Shown: positions 14,111 through 54,060 of the stretch, in pieces
Layout: every line of letters begins with the position of its first letter
Position numbering within the stretch: the first letter of the stretch is position 1
Position numbers and translations under genes: made by a program
The notes under the pieces: model-generated
What the model saw: the letters and a program-made list of their open reading frames with translations, nothing else
What the model was told of the DNA's origin: nothing
Databases searched by the model: none
NCBI RefSeq assembly: GCF_009914755.1
Contig: NC_060941.1
Reading direction: 5' to 3' (one strand)
Length of the DNA stretch: 64,000 nt
Origin: the human T2T-CHM13v2.0 reference genome, Homo sapiens

Positions 14111-14289
14111 TGCTTTGCTTTTGCTTTTACTCAGTTAGTTCTTCTTGAACATTTTTGTGAAAGGGACAGCTCTGGGTCACCAGCATCACACAGGGAAAGG
14201 AAAGGTTGCAGGCATTCAGAGGGGTCAGTGGCGCTTGCCCATGGTCCATAGGCTGCAGTGGCAGAGCAGGCCAAGAAGTCAGCACTCAC

Positions 14290-14469
14290 CTTCCTGGCCG
14301 TGTTTGCAAAGTGAGCCCCACAGGACTTGCAGCTTGGTTCCAAGCCTGTTGGGGAAGGGAAGGAGCTGTACCCAGGGTTGGAATAGGCCTGCATCCTGGC
14401 TCCCTGGGGTGGTGGGACCTCCTCAGGCTGTCCATCCAGGCAGAACCAGTTGCAGCAGGTTGCCCACAT
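14290..14469 (-). CDS. RFFL: RFFL first coding exon (called exon 2 here), aa 1-60; the exon extends to 14477 with 8 nt of 5'UTR
   Basis: Translates as [60 protein letters not shown], the recognisable RFFL N-terminus with the CC motif and first CxxC of the FYVE-like domain. Acceptor cag|ATTTTATCATG (AG at 14479-14478). Donor AAG|GTGAGT at 14289. Confidence 0.97.
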
Positions 14470-14558
14470 GATAAAATCTGGTGCAAGGGAGGAAAGGGGA
14501 AAAGGTCAGAGTTAAGACACACCTCTACTGTCCTTTTGATGTCCGAGAGCACAGGTGA

Positions 14559-14917
<359 letters not shown>

Positions 14918-15318
14918 GGGAAGACTATTGTTCATTGCTTTATATAAATGATGCAACCCAGACTCAAAGAAATCAAATATATAGCCAATATATAGAGAGC
15001 TAATATACAGAGTTGAGATTCTACAAACCCAGGTCTTCTGACTCCAAACCTAACATCCTTTTCCCTATACTATGTTGTCCATTCATTGATTTCCCCTCCT
15101 GCCAGCCAGTAAAACTACTCTTACATTTGTACCCCCAATCCTAGATAAACTTCTATCACAGCACCTATTATACTTTCTTGCACAGTTATATCTTGCTCTT
15201 TATTTTCTACTACTAAGCCATAAATTCCTCCAGGGCAGGGGATATTTATTCATTATGTACAGTACTGTTCCCTAGCACTGTTGTCCATGTAGAAGCTCAA
15301 CAAATATTTGCTTCCTTA

Positions 15319-16271
<953 letters not shown>

Positions 16272-17256
16272 GTGTTGGTTTATTACTCCCATAGTACATA
16301 TCAAATGCAGGTACTGGGGACAAAGGGCTGATGATTTTTACGATCACAAAACAAAGAGGATCTGGATCCAATCCCTCAAATGTCAGAATAACCTAACAAT
16401 TGTAAGAGGGCCCACTCAAATGCCAAGCATTGATGTGAGATATGAGTATGTTTTTCTCAGTAGACTAAAGCAGCCCATGTAGATACTTTGAGCCTGAACT
16501 CTTTGCTTACAGAGACAATAAATGAAACATTTAGTGTTATTATTTGATAATCAGTTCACACAATAGAATGCTCTGCTGTCTCCTGACTCATTGTTTTAAC
16601 AAGGGCACTTTCATAAGCTAGAAGGAACTAAGAAGCCAACTGATTCAACCTGGGTTATTTCATCGAGGAAAAAAGAATGAGAACCAGCAAGGGGAAGTAA
16701 CTTCCTAGGTCAAATAGCTCATAACCTCAGGCCTCTTCACTTCTCTAGGTCCTTTTTAGCTTTCCAACACTGCCTCCACTGCACCTGTGATATAATTCGC
16801 TCCCTTGCAGGGGTCTCTGATTAACACCTGTCTCCCCAACTGGCCTGTAACTTGCCTGTAACCCCCACGACAACAGGGATTGTGATAGTCTAACAGTGCC
16901 CAATTAGACAGGTAGCTCAACAAGAACTAGCAAATGAATTAATCATATACAATATCTAAGTCTTAACTAATCACACATTTGTTCAATCTTCAGCACATCA
17001 GAAACATTTCTCTCTGACTCAATATAACCTGTCTGAGGGTTCTAAGTTCCCAGGAGAGGAACTTAGTTCCCAGGAACTTAAGTTCCTAGAATAAGAATTG
17101 CAAGTAATCTGCCTTTACTTGCAATTAACAGTTCACATGGAATAATGAAGTAAAGAGTTCTTCACAGAGTGTGTGTATGATAAAGTAAATGAGTTCTTTG
17201 CTGCCAAGAGAAATGGGGACAACAGAGGAGGAATAGCCCTCTGAAATATTTTGTAG

Positions 17257-18650
<1,394 letters not shown>

Positions 18651-18948
18651 AAATTTTGTAATTCTTTAAATCACACGTTGACAGACAAATCTGAGACAGT
18701 ATGTAATAATAAAAAGAATATAGAATCTGGAATAAGAAGGCCTCAGTCCTAAGTCCTGCTCTACTTACTTAAGGGCTGTGTTACCTCCCTCTAACAAGTA
18801 ATAGACTTTCTGTACTTCATTTTTCTCCTCTGGACAGTCTGTATGCTATAAAGCACTATATAAACATTAGTTGTTGTTATCCACATTATAACAATGCTTT
18901 TAACTACAATTTTTCTGGGAAGGCAAAGGTACAAAATAAACCTAATAA

Positions 18949-19329
<381 letters not shown>

Positions 19330-19349
19330 TAACTTCTGTTAAACTCTCT

Positions 19350-20960
19350 ACTCATTCATGATGCATGCAACTTTTACTGAAACCAGTGCCTTGCTGTTTC
19401 CAGTGCTAGGTAAGGAAGGTTAAGTACCTACCCTCAAGGAGCTCATGGTCTAGTCAGGGTACTAGAAATGTAAACCAAATATTGAAATTTCAGGGTGATC
19501 AGTGCTTTAACGGAGGTTTGCACCATGTATTATTGGGAGGCTACACAGAGGGAAATGATCAGCTCTACAGGGGAAGAGGGGTGACCAGAGAAGACTTTTC
19601 AAATGAGGTGCCGCACATCCTATCATGATGTGGGAGTAACTGGGACTTTACCAGAAAGTCAAGAAGAGAAGGAATTTTCAACAGAAAACAAGTAATATGC
19701 ACCATGGCATTAAAGAAACTACAAAATGCAGCTGGGCGCGGTGGCTCACGCCTGTAATCCCAGCACTTTGGCAGGCCGAGGCAGGAGGATCACGAGGTCA
19801 GGAGACCAAGACCATCCTGGCTAACAGGGTGAAACCCCGTCTCTACTAAAAATACAAAAAATTAGCCAGGCGTGATGGTGGACGCCTGTAGTCCCAGCTG
19901 ATCGGGAGGCTGAGGAAGGAGAATGGCGTGAACCCAGGAGGCGGAGCTTGCAGAGAGCCGAGATCGCGCCACTGCACTCCAGCCTGGGCGACAGAGCGAG
20001 ACTCCGTCTCAAAAAAAAAAAAAAAAAGAAAAAGAAACTACAAAATGCTTGGTTGGGTCAGGGAGCAAGGCAGGGAGTAGATGAGGGTACAAGTAGTAAA
20101 CAAAGAGCCAAGAAAAACCTTTTATTCCCTGGTAAGGAACCTGGACTGGATCCTATACGTAATGGGACACGATTAGGGCATTTTGTTGTCTCATTTGCAT
20201 ATTAGAGTGCACACTTATAAGCAGTGTGTGGGACAGATCAGCAAGGGGCCAGCTGGAAGCAGGAAGTTGCTGCAGTAGAGAGGCAAGATGGGTAAATATG
20301 GAAATTTTAAAAAGGTGCAGATCTGATAGAATGAGCAGAATGAACTAGCAGACGAGAGAAGGGGGAGAGAAAAGAGAGTCTAGGACAAAGTCTAGGGTCT
20401 CTGAATTACACAACAGAATAGATGGTGGAATTACTTACTGAAATGAAGCCCTCAGGAGGAGGCATGTATCTGTGTGTGGAGAATAGGGACGGGTTAAGAT
20501 GATGAGTTGAGTTTTGTACTCATGGGACATGCTGATGTATACACAGGTACATGTTTGGGCTGAAGATAAAGGTTTGGGAACACATGGCCCACTGGAAGTA
20601 CGTAAAGCCAGAGTGGGGCCGGAGGCTGATTAGATGGTCTGGGTCAGAAGAGAAGAAGGCATGGGAAAACCACATCTATAGGGCAAGCAGGGGAAAGCCC
20701 ACAGCAGAAAAGAGGAAAAAAGAATGCTCAGAGCAGGGGGAACTGGAAGAGTGTTTTTAGTTTCAAGAAGAAATTATCAACGCTGTCAAATGTCTCAGAG
20801 AACACAATACAATGAAGAATGCAAAATGCCCAATGGACTAAGGTTTAGGAAAGTGTCCATGTGTGCTCTTTGCCTAAGCAGTTTAGGAAGAAAGAAGCTG
20901 ATAATCATAGCTTGGAAAGTGAATGAGAAGTATGAATTCACACAATTCCAAGGATAAATT
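19350..20960 (-). mobile_element. L2 fragments interrupted by an AluY
   Basis: Antisense L2 motifs (CCCTCAAGGAGCTCATGGTCTAGT, GATGATGAGTTGAGTTTTG, GTTTCAAGAAGAAATTATCAACGCTGTCAAATGT). Confidence 0.55.
19730..20030 (+). mobile_element. AluY
   Basis: GAATGGCGTGAACCC diagnostic; 18-bp TSD aaagaaactacaaaatgc (19712-19729 / 20031-20048). Confidence 0.92.
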
Positions 20961-21014
20961 ATTATTTCAAGAAACTTGACTGTAAAATGAAAGGAAGAGA
21001 GGAGGCAGTTGCTA

Positions 21015-23970
<2,956 letters not shown>

Positions 23971-25454
23971 TAGAAGTACTCTCCTGCCAAACTGGAAAGC
24001 CCTAACCCTAAATAACAACTACGTTCAGGGTTATTTCAGAGGGCGGAAGGAAAGAGTTTGTAACTAACAACGCTATATAAGCTAAAATACTTTTCTCTTG
24101 GGAATATTTTTTTCATTCCTCATCCCTAAATAGATATACATACATGGCATTTGATAATGCTATTAAAGGACTGAAAGTGGAACTAATTGTGAGGTGTAGA
24201 AAGAATTCTCCCTAAGGTGATAAATGAAAAACTTTTCTCTCTTATCTACAAACCTCCTTCTGATCTTGAAAGAAAATTATTGGATCTTCACTCAGGGCTT
24301 GAACATTCCTTCCCAAACTCCCCTCACCCTCTTCTTAAAAGACAGACTTGGCAATTTAGTCCTCAAAAACAGTGTCTAACTGCTGTCCTACAGAGCTTGC
24401 TTGAAGCCTGCTAGGGTCTCCTCTTCCACTTTCCCTAAAAGGGAGAAAAATGGGAGATGTAGGGCCAGTAGTGAATAAAAACATTTACTATTCCCTGTGG
24501 AAGAACCTTGTGATATGAGGCAAGAATGGCTAGCTAGCATGTAGGATTTTGTCAGCTTGATAAGTATGCTAGTATTTCTTGGGAGAGTTAGCCCTGCTGA
24601 ACAGGAAAATAACAGTGTTAATAACAGAATAAGATAAATTACCTATTCCAGGTGGGCTTGGTACAGTCATAGTTAGAGGCAAGAGGGTAGATAATGTGAT
24701 TTCTACCTATTAAGTCCTAGATTCCTAAGTAGTTTCAAAACACTTCTCCGCTTGTTCACCTGCCCAAGGCAAATGATTTAAAGCAGATCAGTGGTTGTCA
24801 TGGGTCTTCCCATGAAGGGGAGAGAGGAGTAGAAGGGCCATGCTGGTTTGCAATGTAACTCCAAAGACACCAAAAAACTAAGGCAGTAAAAAAATTCCCA
24901 AGGTTCTCATCCAATCTATTCTGATTTTAATTAACTGCTCTGTGCACCAAGGTAGTTCTGCAACAACAGGCTTTACACAAAAGCATAGACAGCTACATCT
25001 TGGAATTAACACACTTATGGTGCACCATTGTATAAAAGTTTACAAAAATCCTTTTAAAATACCTAAATAAAATGCCCCCAAACCTTAAAGAAATGCCTTT
25101 CTGACATGACAAATCAGAAAAGGGCTGGAAAGCAAGCCTTACAGAATCATGTCCAGTTTATTGAGGGTGGTACGCCTACTGTCACTAACGTATTTCTGGA
25201 ATGGTTAAAAGCATCTATGTTGTTAGTGCATAAAGAAAAGTATCCCACATTATGAATCATTAGTACAGAATGGGCTTAGCTTCATCTTGTGTATTATCAT
25301 TAAAAAGCAATTAAAGACAATTGCAATGGTTTTGAAAGGAAATTCTGTGAAAAGTCTATCAACAGGGCTTAGGCTAAGCCTCTCTAAAATAATTCATAAG
25401 TAATTACATATTTTGAGAAGTAAAGAAGAAAGTAGCCACTCTCTGCTGGAAGAA

Positions 25455-25655
25455 TGCTTATTTGCCAGGCACTGAGATAGGTACTTTTACCTAGTGTTAT
25501 CTCATGTGATCCTCACAATTCTGGCAAGGTAGATTAGTTCTTCCCATTTTCAGGTGAGAAAAAAAGGTTCAGAGAAGTTAAGTAACTTGTTAAAGGTCAC
25601 AGCTAGAGGATAGCAAAGCCAAGCTTTGAACCTTGGTCACTTAGACCCTGAAGCG
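25455..25655 (-). mobile_element. MIR
   Basis: CCCATTTTCAGGTGAGAAAAAAAGGTTCAGAGAAGTTAAGTAACTTG. Confidence 0.65.
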
Positions 25656-25819
25656 TACCCTCTTGAGATGTAGTCCTGATTTAATTTAAAAAATCAATCT
25701 GTCTACCCTGTGGCCCATCCCCTCTGAGCTTTTGCTTTCCATCTCTACAGGAACTTTCCTATCATCATACAGGTATGCTCCAGAATCTCCCAGGTGTTAA
25801 AAACTCTTCTTTGTCATAA

Positions 25820-30788
<4,969 letters not shown>

Positions 30789-32017
30789 TCATAGAGAAGA
30801 CATGTATATGGTAGAACTTTAGAATCCAAGGCCTGAATTAGGATAAAGAGCCCTGCTGAAGTGGTGCATGGGCTGGACATAAACAAGGAATATTTCACAG
30901 GCCAGAACTCAGGGGAGGAAAACATTTCCAAAGCTTTTAATACTAATAGACATTTTCTATCCTCCAAGGCAGTCCTTTGGATATGGGTAACAGATAAATG
31001 CATATTTCCTAGGTAAGAATTTTATTTTAGGTCTAAAGTTTAAGAAGACAGAACAGTTGGAGAGAAAGGTGGGGGGAAAAAAAGCTGTTCCCAAGTATGT
31101 TTTACTTTGGCTTTAAAATCAGTCAGACCTGACCTTAAATCCTGGCTCTAACACTGAATAAATGAATGAGCTTGAGTAAGCTGCCACTAGGAGCTTCAGA
31201 GTAACAGGAATACATTCCCTACACCTCACAGGCTGGACATAGAGGTGGTGCTCAGTATAAAGGGGGATCATAACTTCACTGGACTTTTCAATCTTACATC
31301 AAGAGCAGAGGGCAGTGTTAGACATTCAGTAAATAGCCGTCATTATAATAAGGCATGGGCTCATGAGGATTAAATGTTTGCCTCTCTCCAAACCAGCTTC
31401 CAGAGCCTCCTTTCACACAGAGATGTCAGTAACATCAAAGACACAAGGACTAGAGCCTCTTCTCTCCTCCAGTCCCCAAGTTATACTTTAATGTAAAGGA
31501 TCAAAACTTTAGACATGACATAATCTTCTGTGCTATTATTTCAGATGGCAGACACGGGGAAAATTGGGGGAGTTATTCAGAACTTGGGGTTCCTGAAGTC
31601 CTTTCTCAGAAGATTACAAAGTAAAAACATTACAAAACACCTAAAATGTGCCAAGTTAGTTGTTATGTTTGCATCTGTTGTCTTATTTAACACAATAATC
31701 CTACAAAAATCAGAATTAAAATGGTCTGATTTTTGTAGGATTCAATAAAAAGTACCTTAAGCACCTTGTAAAAAGTATAATACATAGAAAAACCATTCCT
31801 GGGACTACAGAACTTTAATTTATACATCCCATAAGTCATCTGCATTTCTAGTTTCTACAAGTTCAGGGTACCAGTGATACAGACCCCCAACCTTCTAAAG
31901 ATAAAGCCTTTAACTGATATTTAAGGTGTATTTCAGTTTCTCTTCTTACTTTTGCTCCAGTTGAGATTTTTCTGACTTAATTGTCTCAACTGCAACTAAT
32001 GCTCTATTTCATTGATT

Positions 32018-38947
<6,930 letters not shown>

Positions 38948-40579
38948 TTATTTAAAAAAATAGCCAAACACAGACTGAATCCCATATCTACCAAAAGTAA
39001 CATCAACAGTCAATTCAGTGGCTTCATTTTATAAACCATATGGATGCAGTACAGTATAAACTAGGATAAACAACCATGCCCAGGAAGAAAGAATGGTCCC
39101 TACAAGAAAGACATGCATATGGGTAAAGGCAAGGGCTGTAAAGGACTAGTTATGTTAGCTTCTTTTCAAACCCAAAATGGAGACTTCTTCAGCCAAGCTC
39201 AAATACTAGAAGTCTTGACTTTTTAACAGCACCAAGTTTCAAAACACAGGCACACGAGTTACAGCAGACAAACACATCCTGTTTGCACTTGACTTCCTGT
39301 TTTGGGCTATCTGATCTCTTTCCACCGCTGTACCCTAGACCTTCAACAAGTAGGTAACCTTTCATATCTGCTGCCAACTGGTTCACTAGACAGTATTTCA
39401 GTGACAATAAAGTACATTATTATATGAGTCAGGTAAAAGATTCACCTAACAAGCACCAAAAACCAATCATGAGTGTCTAAGACACTTTCTGGATTTCCCA
39501 TGCTTCGTACTGACATCTGACTTAAGCAATAAAAACTTAACACAAATAGTGCTGAGATAAGGAAATAAAGCCTGAAACAAAACTTCGAATATGAGGGCTG
39601 GGAAAAAGAGCAAGAAAAATTGAAAATGTTTTAATAATTAAACGCTGGCCCCTTTTCAAATGCAGAAGGAACAGATTCCCAGAAGGGAGTGACTGAGACA
39701 GTTAAACAGCCCTTTCGTGAACACTGCCTCAAATCCAACCTGCTACCAACTGGACAAAGTCTACTTTTCAGCATTGCAAAAGCCTTCAATTTTAGACACC
39801 TAAAGCCTCCACTTCAAGTGTAACTTTCCACTACTTTCAAAGATTTGGTGGTTTCCCAGGCCACATTCAGTTCTAGAAGTAAACACTGGGCAACAAATAC
39901 CCCAGCTTAATGGACAAGTCATTTAGCCTCTTTGGGTCTGTTTTCTCATCTGGAAAACAGGAAGGTTGAACTACATTCATCTCTAATGTTTTCTCCAGCT
40001 GTAGAAAAATTTGAGGATTCAATATTAACGGTTAGCAGAAGTTTCTGTGGTTTCCTGCATTATTTCTTTGGTCAAATAAGATGCCTTTGACATCCCACAT
40101 CCCACACTGTGAATAAAATGCCCTGATCTACCTCCCCAGTACCGGAAGATTTTTTTTCCCTTTCCCTTTCACTTGAAACATGCATTGGAAAATTTCCCTC
40201 TTGAAAGCAATATACTGACAAATTTTAAGTACTGTTCTTTATACATGGTCTTTTATTAAGATGTTAATGTAATCACCAGTCAATTCCTATGCTGCTCATC
40301 TGATTCATGGGGGAACTCAAGCCACAAAAGGATGGAGAAAATCTGACCAGCAGCATGTGGCACACCCACATAGTGACTGCTAATGAGGAGAGAATGAGGC
40401 AAAATCTGGGTAAAAAAAAGGGGGTGGTAAAGAGAAGTTCAGTGAGTCAGTGCAAGGGAAAACACAGGTTAATAGAAAAGAAAGAAAAGGAAATGTGAAA
40501 GGAAGAAGAAAAGCAAAAAAGGGAGGGAATCTATAATAAACAATGAGTAGAAACTTAAAAACCTGAAATTCTGTTCAGT

Positions 40580-41000
40580 TATTCATTCATTCATCCAATA
40601 GATATTGAATGCCCACTATGTGCAGGGAACTGAACTAGATACTAGGAGAAAGACAAAGGTCAACCAGACAGATCTGCTCAGTGAGGCCATGGTCTAGTAG
40701 GAGATAGGTAGGTACACAAACAACTATAATAGATGGCAGAAAGTGTAATGTGCCACAAAGGAGACATAAAAGAGAATTCTCTGCTATGAGACTCAGGAAG
40801 AAGTGATTACTCCCAGTGAGGGATCAGACTAGGGAGCCTTCATGGGAAGAATGACATTCCAAGCCAAAAGCACAACAGAAACAAGGGTACTCAAGTAGGA
40901 AATCAAGATCATACAGGAGCAGTGAGTAACTGGCAATAGCTAGTGATCCAGAGAGCCATGTCTAAATTGGATAGGTGGACTGGAGCCAGACTGAGTATTC
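40580..41000 (-). mobile_element. L2 3' end
   Basis: ATTCATTCATTCATCCAATAGATATTGAATGCCCACTATGTGCAGG, the typical antisense L2 tail. Confidence 0.65.
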
Positions 41001-42292
41001 AGAAATTGGCATTAGTATCTGAATTTAAGTCTAGTGGAAGAGGAAGGGGACAGGAAGGAGTTGATGGACTAGGAGCTGGAAGAAACTCAAAAACTTAACC
41101 CATAAAATTAAGATAATAAAATCAACACAAAATCAATGTGCACAGATATGTAAAGTTCCTCCAAAGAGACAGAGTATCTTCCAAACCAAAAGCAAGAAGA
41201 GGACAAAAAGGCTTGGATGACTATATTAATACACGGGTATTTAAACAAAGAATGTGACCACATCTAAGACTGGTTAACAAAGAAATCTGGAAAAATCTAG
41301 AAAAAACAGGGAGGGGCATTTTGACTCCAGAACTGCCCAAAGCCAAGAAATACTAGAGATAGGTGACACAACATCTTCTCTGCAGTGGAACAAGGTTATT
41401 TCACAAAGCTTAGATGGGTACAGCATATAGTAGCAGCTAGGGGTAGGGGCTCTTAGGGGCAGAGGGACTTGGTTCAAATCTCAGTTCAGCATCTTATCAG
41501 CTTGAAGAGAGCTTGGTTTCCTCATTTGTAAATTGAAGATAATTGTACCTACTTTGCAGGAGGATCACTGGGACAATGAAATGCCCTACTGTATGCAAAG
41601 TACTTAATACAATACCAGGCATTATGGGAAACAATAATCTTTTTTGTAACTATATTCTCCCCCACAAACCATTCTATCTTATAAATCCATGCTCACCAAG
41701 CAAGCTTGATATTATTAAATTTGATTGCCAGATCTCTTGATATTGAAAAGCAATTATCCTAACAAATTCCAGAATCCCGTTAACGGAAAAGGAATCCTTC
41801 ATTCTAAAATAATAAATTGGCATTCCATTCTGAGCTCAATCACTCAAGTCTGAATACAATCCTGTCTTCAAGACTAATTATTTCCAGGTTCTCCACAAAA
41901 TACATTTTGTGACCCAAGACTAGACTGACGACACAGTGACCAAAATCCTGAGGGGTCATCCTGAGAAGCTAGATTGGCACCACCCTGGCCAGCCCTACCT
42001 AATGCCACCCTCGCTCTACAAGCTAACTTGTATAATACTTTCCCATACTTCTCCACCTTCCACCCCTGTCATACCCTTCAATCAAGCACTATAGTGAAGC
42101 ACTTTACCTTCCTCTCTAACCGTGTAGAGGTCAAATACACCATCTTATCCATTTTTGCATTTTCCTCCATATCCCAATATAACTTGCATCAAAAGAACCA
42201 CAATAAATATTTACTGTAAAACACAATTTTGCTTAACAACACAAGCCATTGCATTCCACCATTCCCACAAGCTGAGGCCTCTTTCTGATTTA

Positions 42293-42408
42293 TTTTTCCC
42301 ACATCAGATGGGTAATGCACTGACTTTGTAGTAACAAGGCTTGATGGAGGCACATCTCATACATGTGCATGAAAATCCAATCATTACACTTATGAACAAC
42401 AAAATAAT
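42293..42408 (-). pseudogene. U13 (SNORD13-like) box C/D snoRNA retropseudogene
   Basis: Minus strand reads ATTATTTTGTTGTTCATAAGTGTAATGATTGGATTTTCATGCACATGTATGAGATGTGCC...CATTACCCATCTGA, colinear with U13 snoRNA. Short A-rich tail. 15-bp target-site duplication (TSD) cctctttctgattta (42278-42292) / cccctttctaattta (42409-42423). Confidence 0.85.
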
Positions 42409-42802
42409 CCCCTTTCTAATTTACTGAACTCTTACTCTATCTTTTATCTTCCCCTCCCTCCCCCACCTCTCCATTCCTAAACTGCCAGATTACTATAGAA
42501 AAATCAGAAGACTTTATTTAACTGGGTTGCTAACAAATTCATACAGCTGGGGTAAGCCATCACTGGGCTCTAAAAACCTTTCATTCCTCTCTAGCTGATG
42601 TCCTGATAGGGCTTTCCAAAGAGCAGTGTCATGCAAGGTTTAGGAGCATGGGGCCTGGGTCAGACAGAACTCATAGTCTTCTTTCTGTGTGACCTGTTAA
42701 GGTGATTAATTCCCTAAGCGTCATTTTTCTCATCTGTAAAATGAAGTACCTAAAAGAGGTCATTCACACAAATCCTTAACACTAACACAGTGACAGGCTT
42801 AG

Positions 42803-45148
<2,346 letters not shown>

Positions 45149-46374
45149 TGAAGGCTAGACTCACTATCTAGCCCACAAAGTCCCCATGTGATGTGGGCTC
45201 TGCTTGCCTTTTCCACTTTACCTCATGCAGCTCTCCCACTTCACTCACCTTGCTCTGTCCTTCGGTCACCTTCCTTCAATTCCTCAAAAATTATAAATTA
45301 TTTATTGCCCCAGGGCCTACAAACTTGGGTTCCTTTTCTGGCTGAAACATTCTCCCTAGCTCTTTTCACAAGACTGGCTCCTTCTCAGACTGCAGTTCAC
45401 CTTCCCTATAACATAGCTGTCTGGCACACAGTAGGAGCTTACCAGGTATTTGTGAAAGGAACAGATTTCACATTCTCCAGTCAGGTAACTCCCAAAAGTG
45501 AATATCTGGAATCAATCTCACCCTTCAGATCAGTGCTTCATTTCTAAATGCCTGCTAAATTTCCATACCTCAAACTTAGCATACTAGATATAAAACCAAC
45601 TCTTCCATTTTCCCAAACCAGTTTCTCCAGTTTTCTGAAATTACATGAGCAATATGATCCAGTTTCCACTTCAGAACAATAAATTTCCCATTCATTTGCT
45701 CTACCTGTCCAAAATTCCAATCACCTTTAAAGCTAAATTCAAATATCACTTCATTCAATCATGCATTCAATCAACCACTTATTCATTCAACAAGTACTTA
45801 CTGAGTGCCTTTTATGAGGCAGACACTATGTTAGATACTCGAAAGCAAAGCAGATGTATTTTTGTCTATTATACATCAAACAATCATATAAATATTGAAT
45901 TATGAACTAAAAAAAAAGTAATGAAGGAAAAATGCCAGAAAACATGAGAAAAAAATGAGAGGCATCAAGAAACACTGTTCTGATGATGGGCTGATTTAAT
46001 GAAATATAATTTACACTAGGCAGACTGGAAAGAAGAGCATGCTAGATAGGATTCAATCAAGTCCTAGAAGCAGGAGAGATGAGATCTATCTCAATGTACA
46101 TATCATCTTGCCTTACATATTATATCTATCTATCCCCCCCCACCATACTCATTTTACTGATAGTTACCTGAAAGAAAGGACATAGAGTGTCTCTTATGTG
46201 CCAACACAACACCCCCAGGAGACACTGAGTCACTGGTCTGGTACCTAGGAGCTTATGCTTGTAAAAAGCTCCCAGATGACTCTATATGCAGCCAAATTTG
46301 TAAATCATATGCCCAAACTACCCATTTAATAAACATATATTGATTATTCTTTCATGAAAAATCTCTAAGGTCAG

Positions 46375-47498
<1,124 letters not shown>

Positions 47499-47504
47499 GT
47501 CAGA

Positions 47505-47850
47505 AATTCAACACTCTCTTGGGCAGTCATTCAAACATTTCCCCACTTTGATGATCAAAAAATTCTTTCTCGTATTCATCAAAATTGCTCCTCCTTCAAT
47601 TTAAGACCATTTCCTCTTAAATCTTTGAAGTTCATGAAGAATAATTAATAAAAATCCCCCTGGCAAAACTATTCTTGTATTTGAAGATGATAATGAAGTT
47701 ATCTCTTAGCTTTTCTTTCTCTAGGCTAAAATCTTTCCCCCCTTTTTAAAACTTATAATGATAAGACCTGTTTTTCAACCTTTTAATCATTTTAATTATC
47801 CTCTCAAGTATGAGAGACCCAAAATTGAACACCATATGCCAATATCTAAC
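47505..47850 (-). mobile_element. CR1/L3 LINE fragment
   Basis: Degenerate antisense CR1 ORF2 motifs (GTATTTGAAGATGATAATGAAGTTATCTCTTAGCTTTTCTTTCTCTAGGCTAAA, GACCCAAAATTGAACACCATA). Confidence 0.55.
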
Positions 47851-49382
47851 AGAGATTATTTCCTAGCTCTAATGGTTCAGCTTTTTATAATGGAATTTCT
47901 CATAGTCCCAAATATGGCATTTTAGCACTCCAAAAGTTGTGAAGTGATCTAAAAAGTTAATTACTTACTATAACTGTAAAAGGTTTTCTGCCCTTAACAC
48001 TCAGCTTACTCCATTTTGGGATGACCGCTTTCACTCACCAGCCTGGTTTGATACTCCACCAGGGCAGCAGGTTTTCACAACTTCCAGATATTTGAAGTAT
48101 AAAAGAAAAACCTGAGAGGTTGGAGTACGCACACCATTAATTTCAATCAAGGTCTCTAACCACAACCAGGGCCTTCCCATAGGTCAGGCAGGTTCAGAGT
48201 ACCTCCTCCTCCTACCTTGATGATAAAGTGGCCTTGTAAAAGGCAAGACCGTTAGCACTTGCCTATCGAGCAAAGGCACCATTTCTGTGGAACCTGATAG
48301 AGTATATTTAACTACTATATTAAGAGACAAACCAGCTGCTTAATGCAGTGTAAGAACCATGTTTTCTCTCTGAGTCTTACCTAAATGTATATATGCTTTG
48401 GTATCAGACTAGCTTTATAATCACTGGTAAAATAGGGATAATAAATAAAGCCTACCCAACGCAAATAAAACCATATGAGGGAAATAATTTTGTAAAACAC
48501 CATAAAAATGTCGTGATATTGCGGGACTAGATCTCAGCAAACCCTTTAAATCTTCAAATTAACTTTGAATGATTACTTGATGGTGGCAGGTAACACATAC
48601 AAAATAAGCAGCCATGGGCTCATGTTCATCAAATAGGAATGAAAAACCATGCCATCTAACAAAAAAGCTTCTAATATTGCAAAGAATAACGGTTTGAGCC
48701 CGGAGATCCACGTCAGCCACTCTCTCTGATGGTGCCAAGCTCTAGTCCAGGGACACCAAGTTCAGTCAAAGAACTCAACAGTCTAGTGGAAGAGACAGAC
48801 AGTGCTGTCTGTCAGAAAAGACAGAGAAGTCAGAGAAGATGCATATATGAACTAAGTGTCCTGAGGGATGAGTATCTTGCCAGTTAGAGAAGGGAGAGTC
48901 CATTGGGAAAAGGCAGAGTCCTAAAAGACATGGTATATCCATGGAATGTTAACATGAGAAGTTCAGTGAAGCTGGAGAGGAGAGAAATGGCCAGGGGAGA
49001 GGGAGATGAGATGGTTAACAGCAACATGTAGGAAAGAATCCAACTGTGAAAGCTTTTAGAAGTCAAGCTAAGTGGAAAACAGGGAACAAATGGCACCTTA
49101 AATGAAAAGATTAGATGTGGACTTTAAAAAGATAACTTGGGCAACAATATGGAGAAGATAGGAGCAAGGAAAGACTTATGGAGGAGTGGCCATTTGATAA
49201 GGGTCTGAACTAGGAGTTACAAACTCAAATTCCTAGAGGCAATGCAGGTAAAATGCTAAGTCTTCAGTGTGTAAGATGTCAGAAAATGGTGGTATCCGTA
49301 ATCTTTGAAGAGTACAGGCCTTCTCTCTGATGGTGCCTAAAAGTATTCACACACAAAATTTTAAGCCCTTAGGCTGACTGAT

Positions 49383-54060
<4,678 letters not shown>

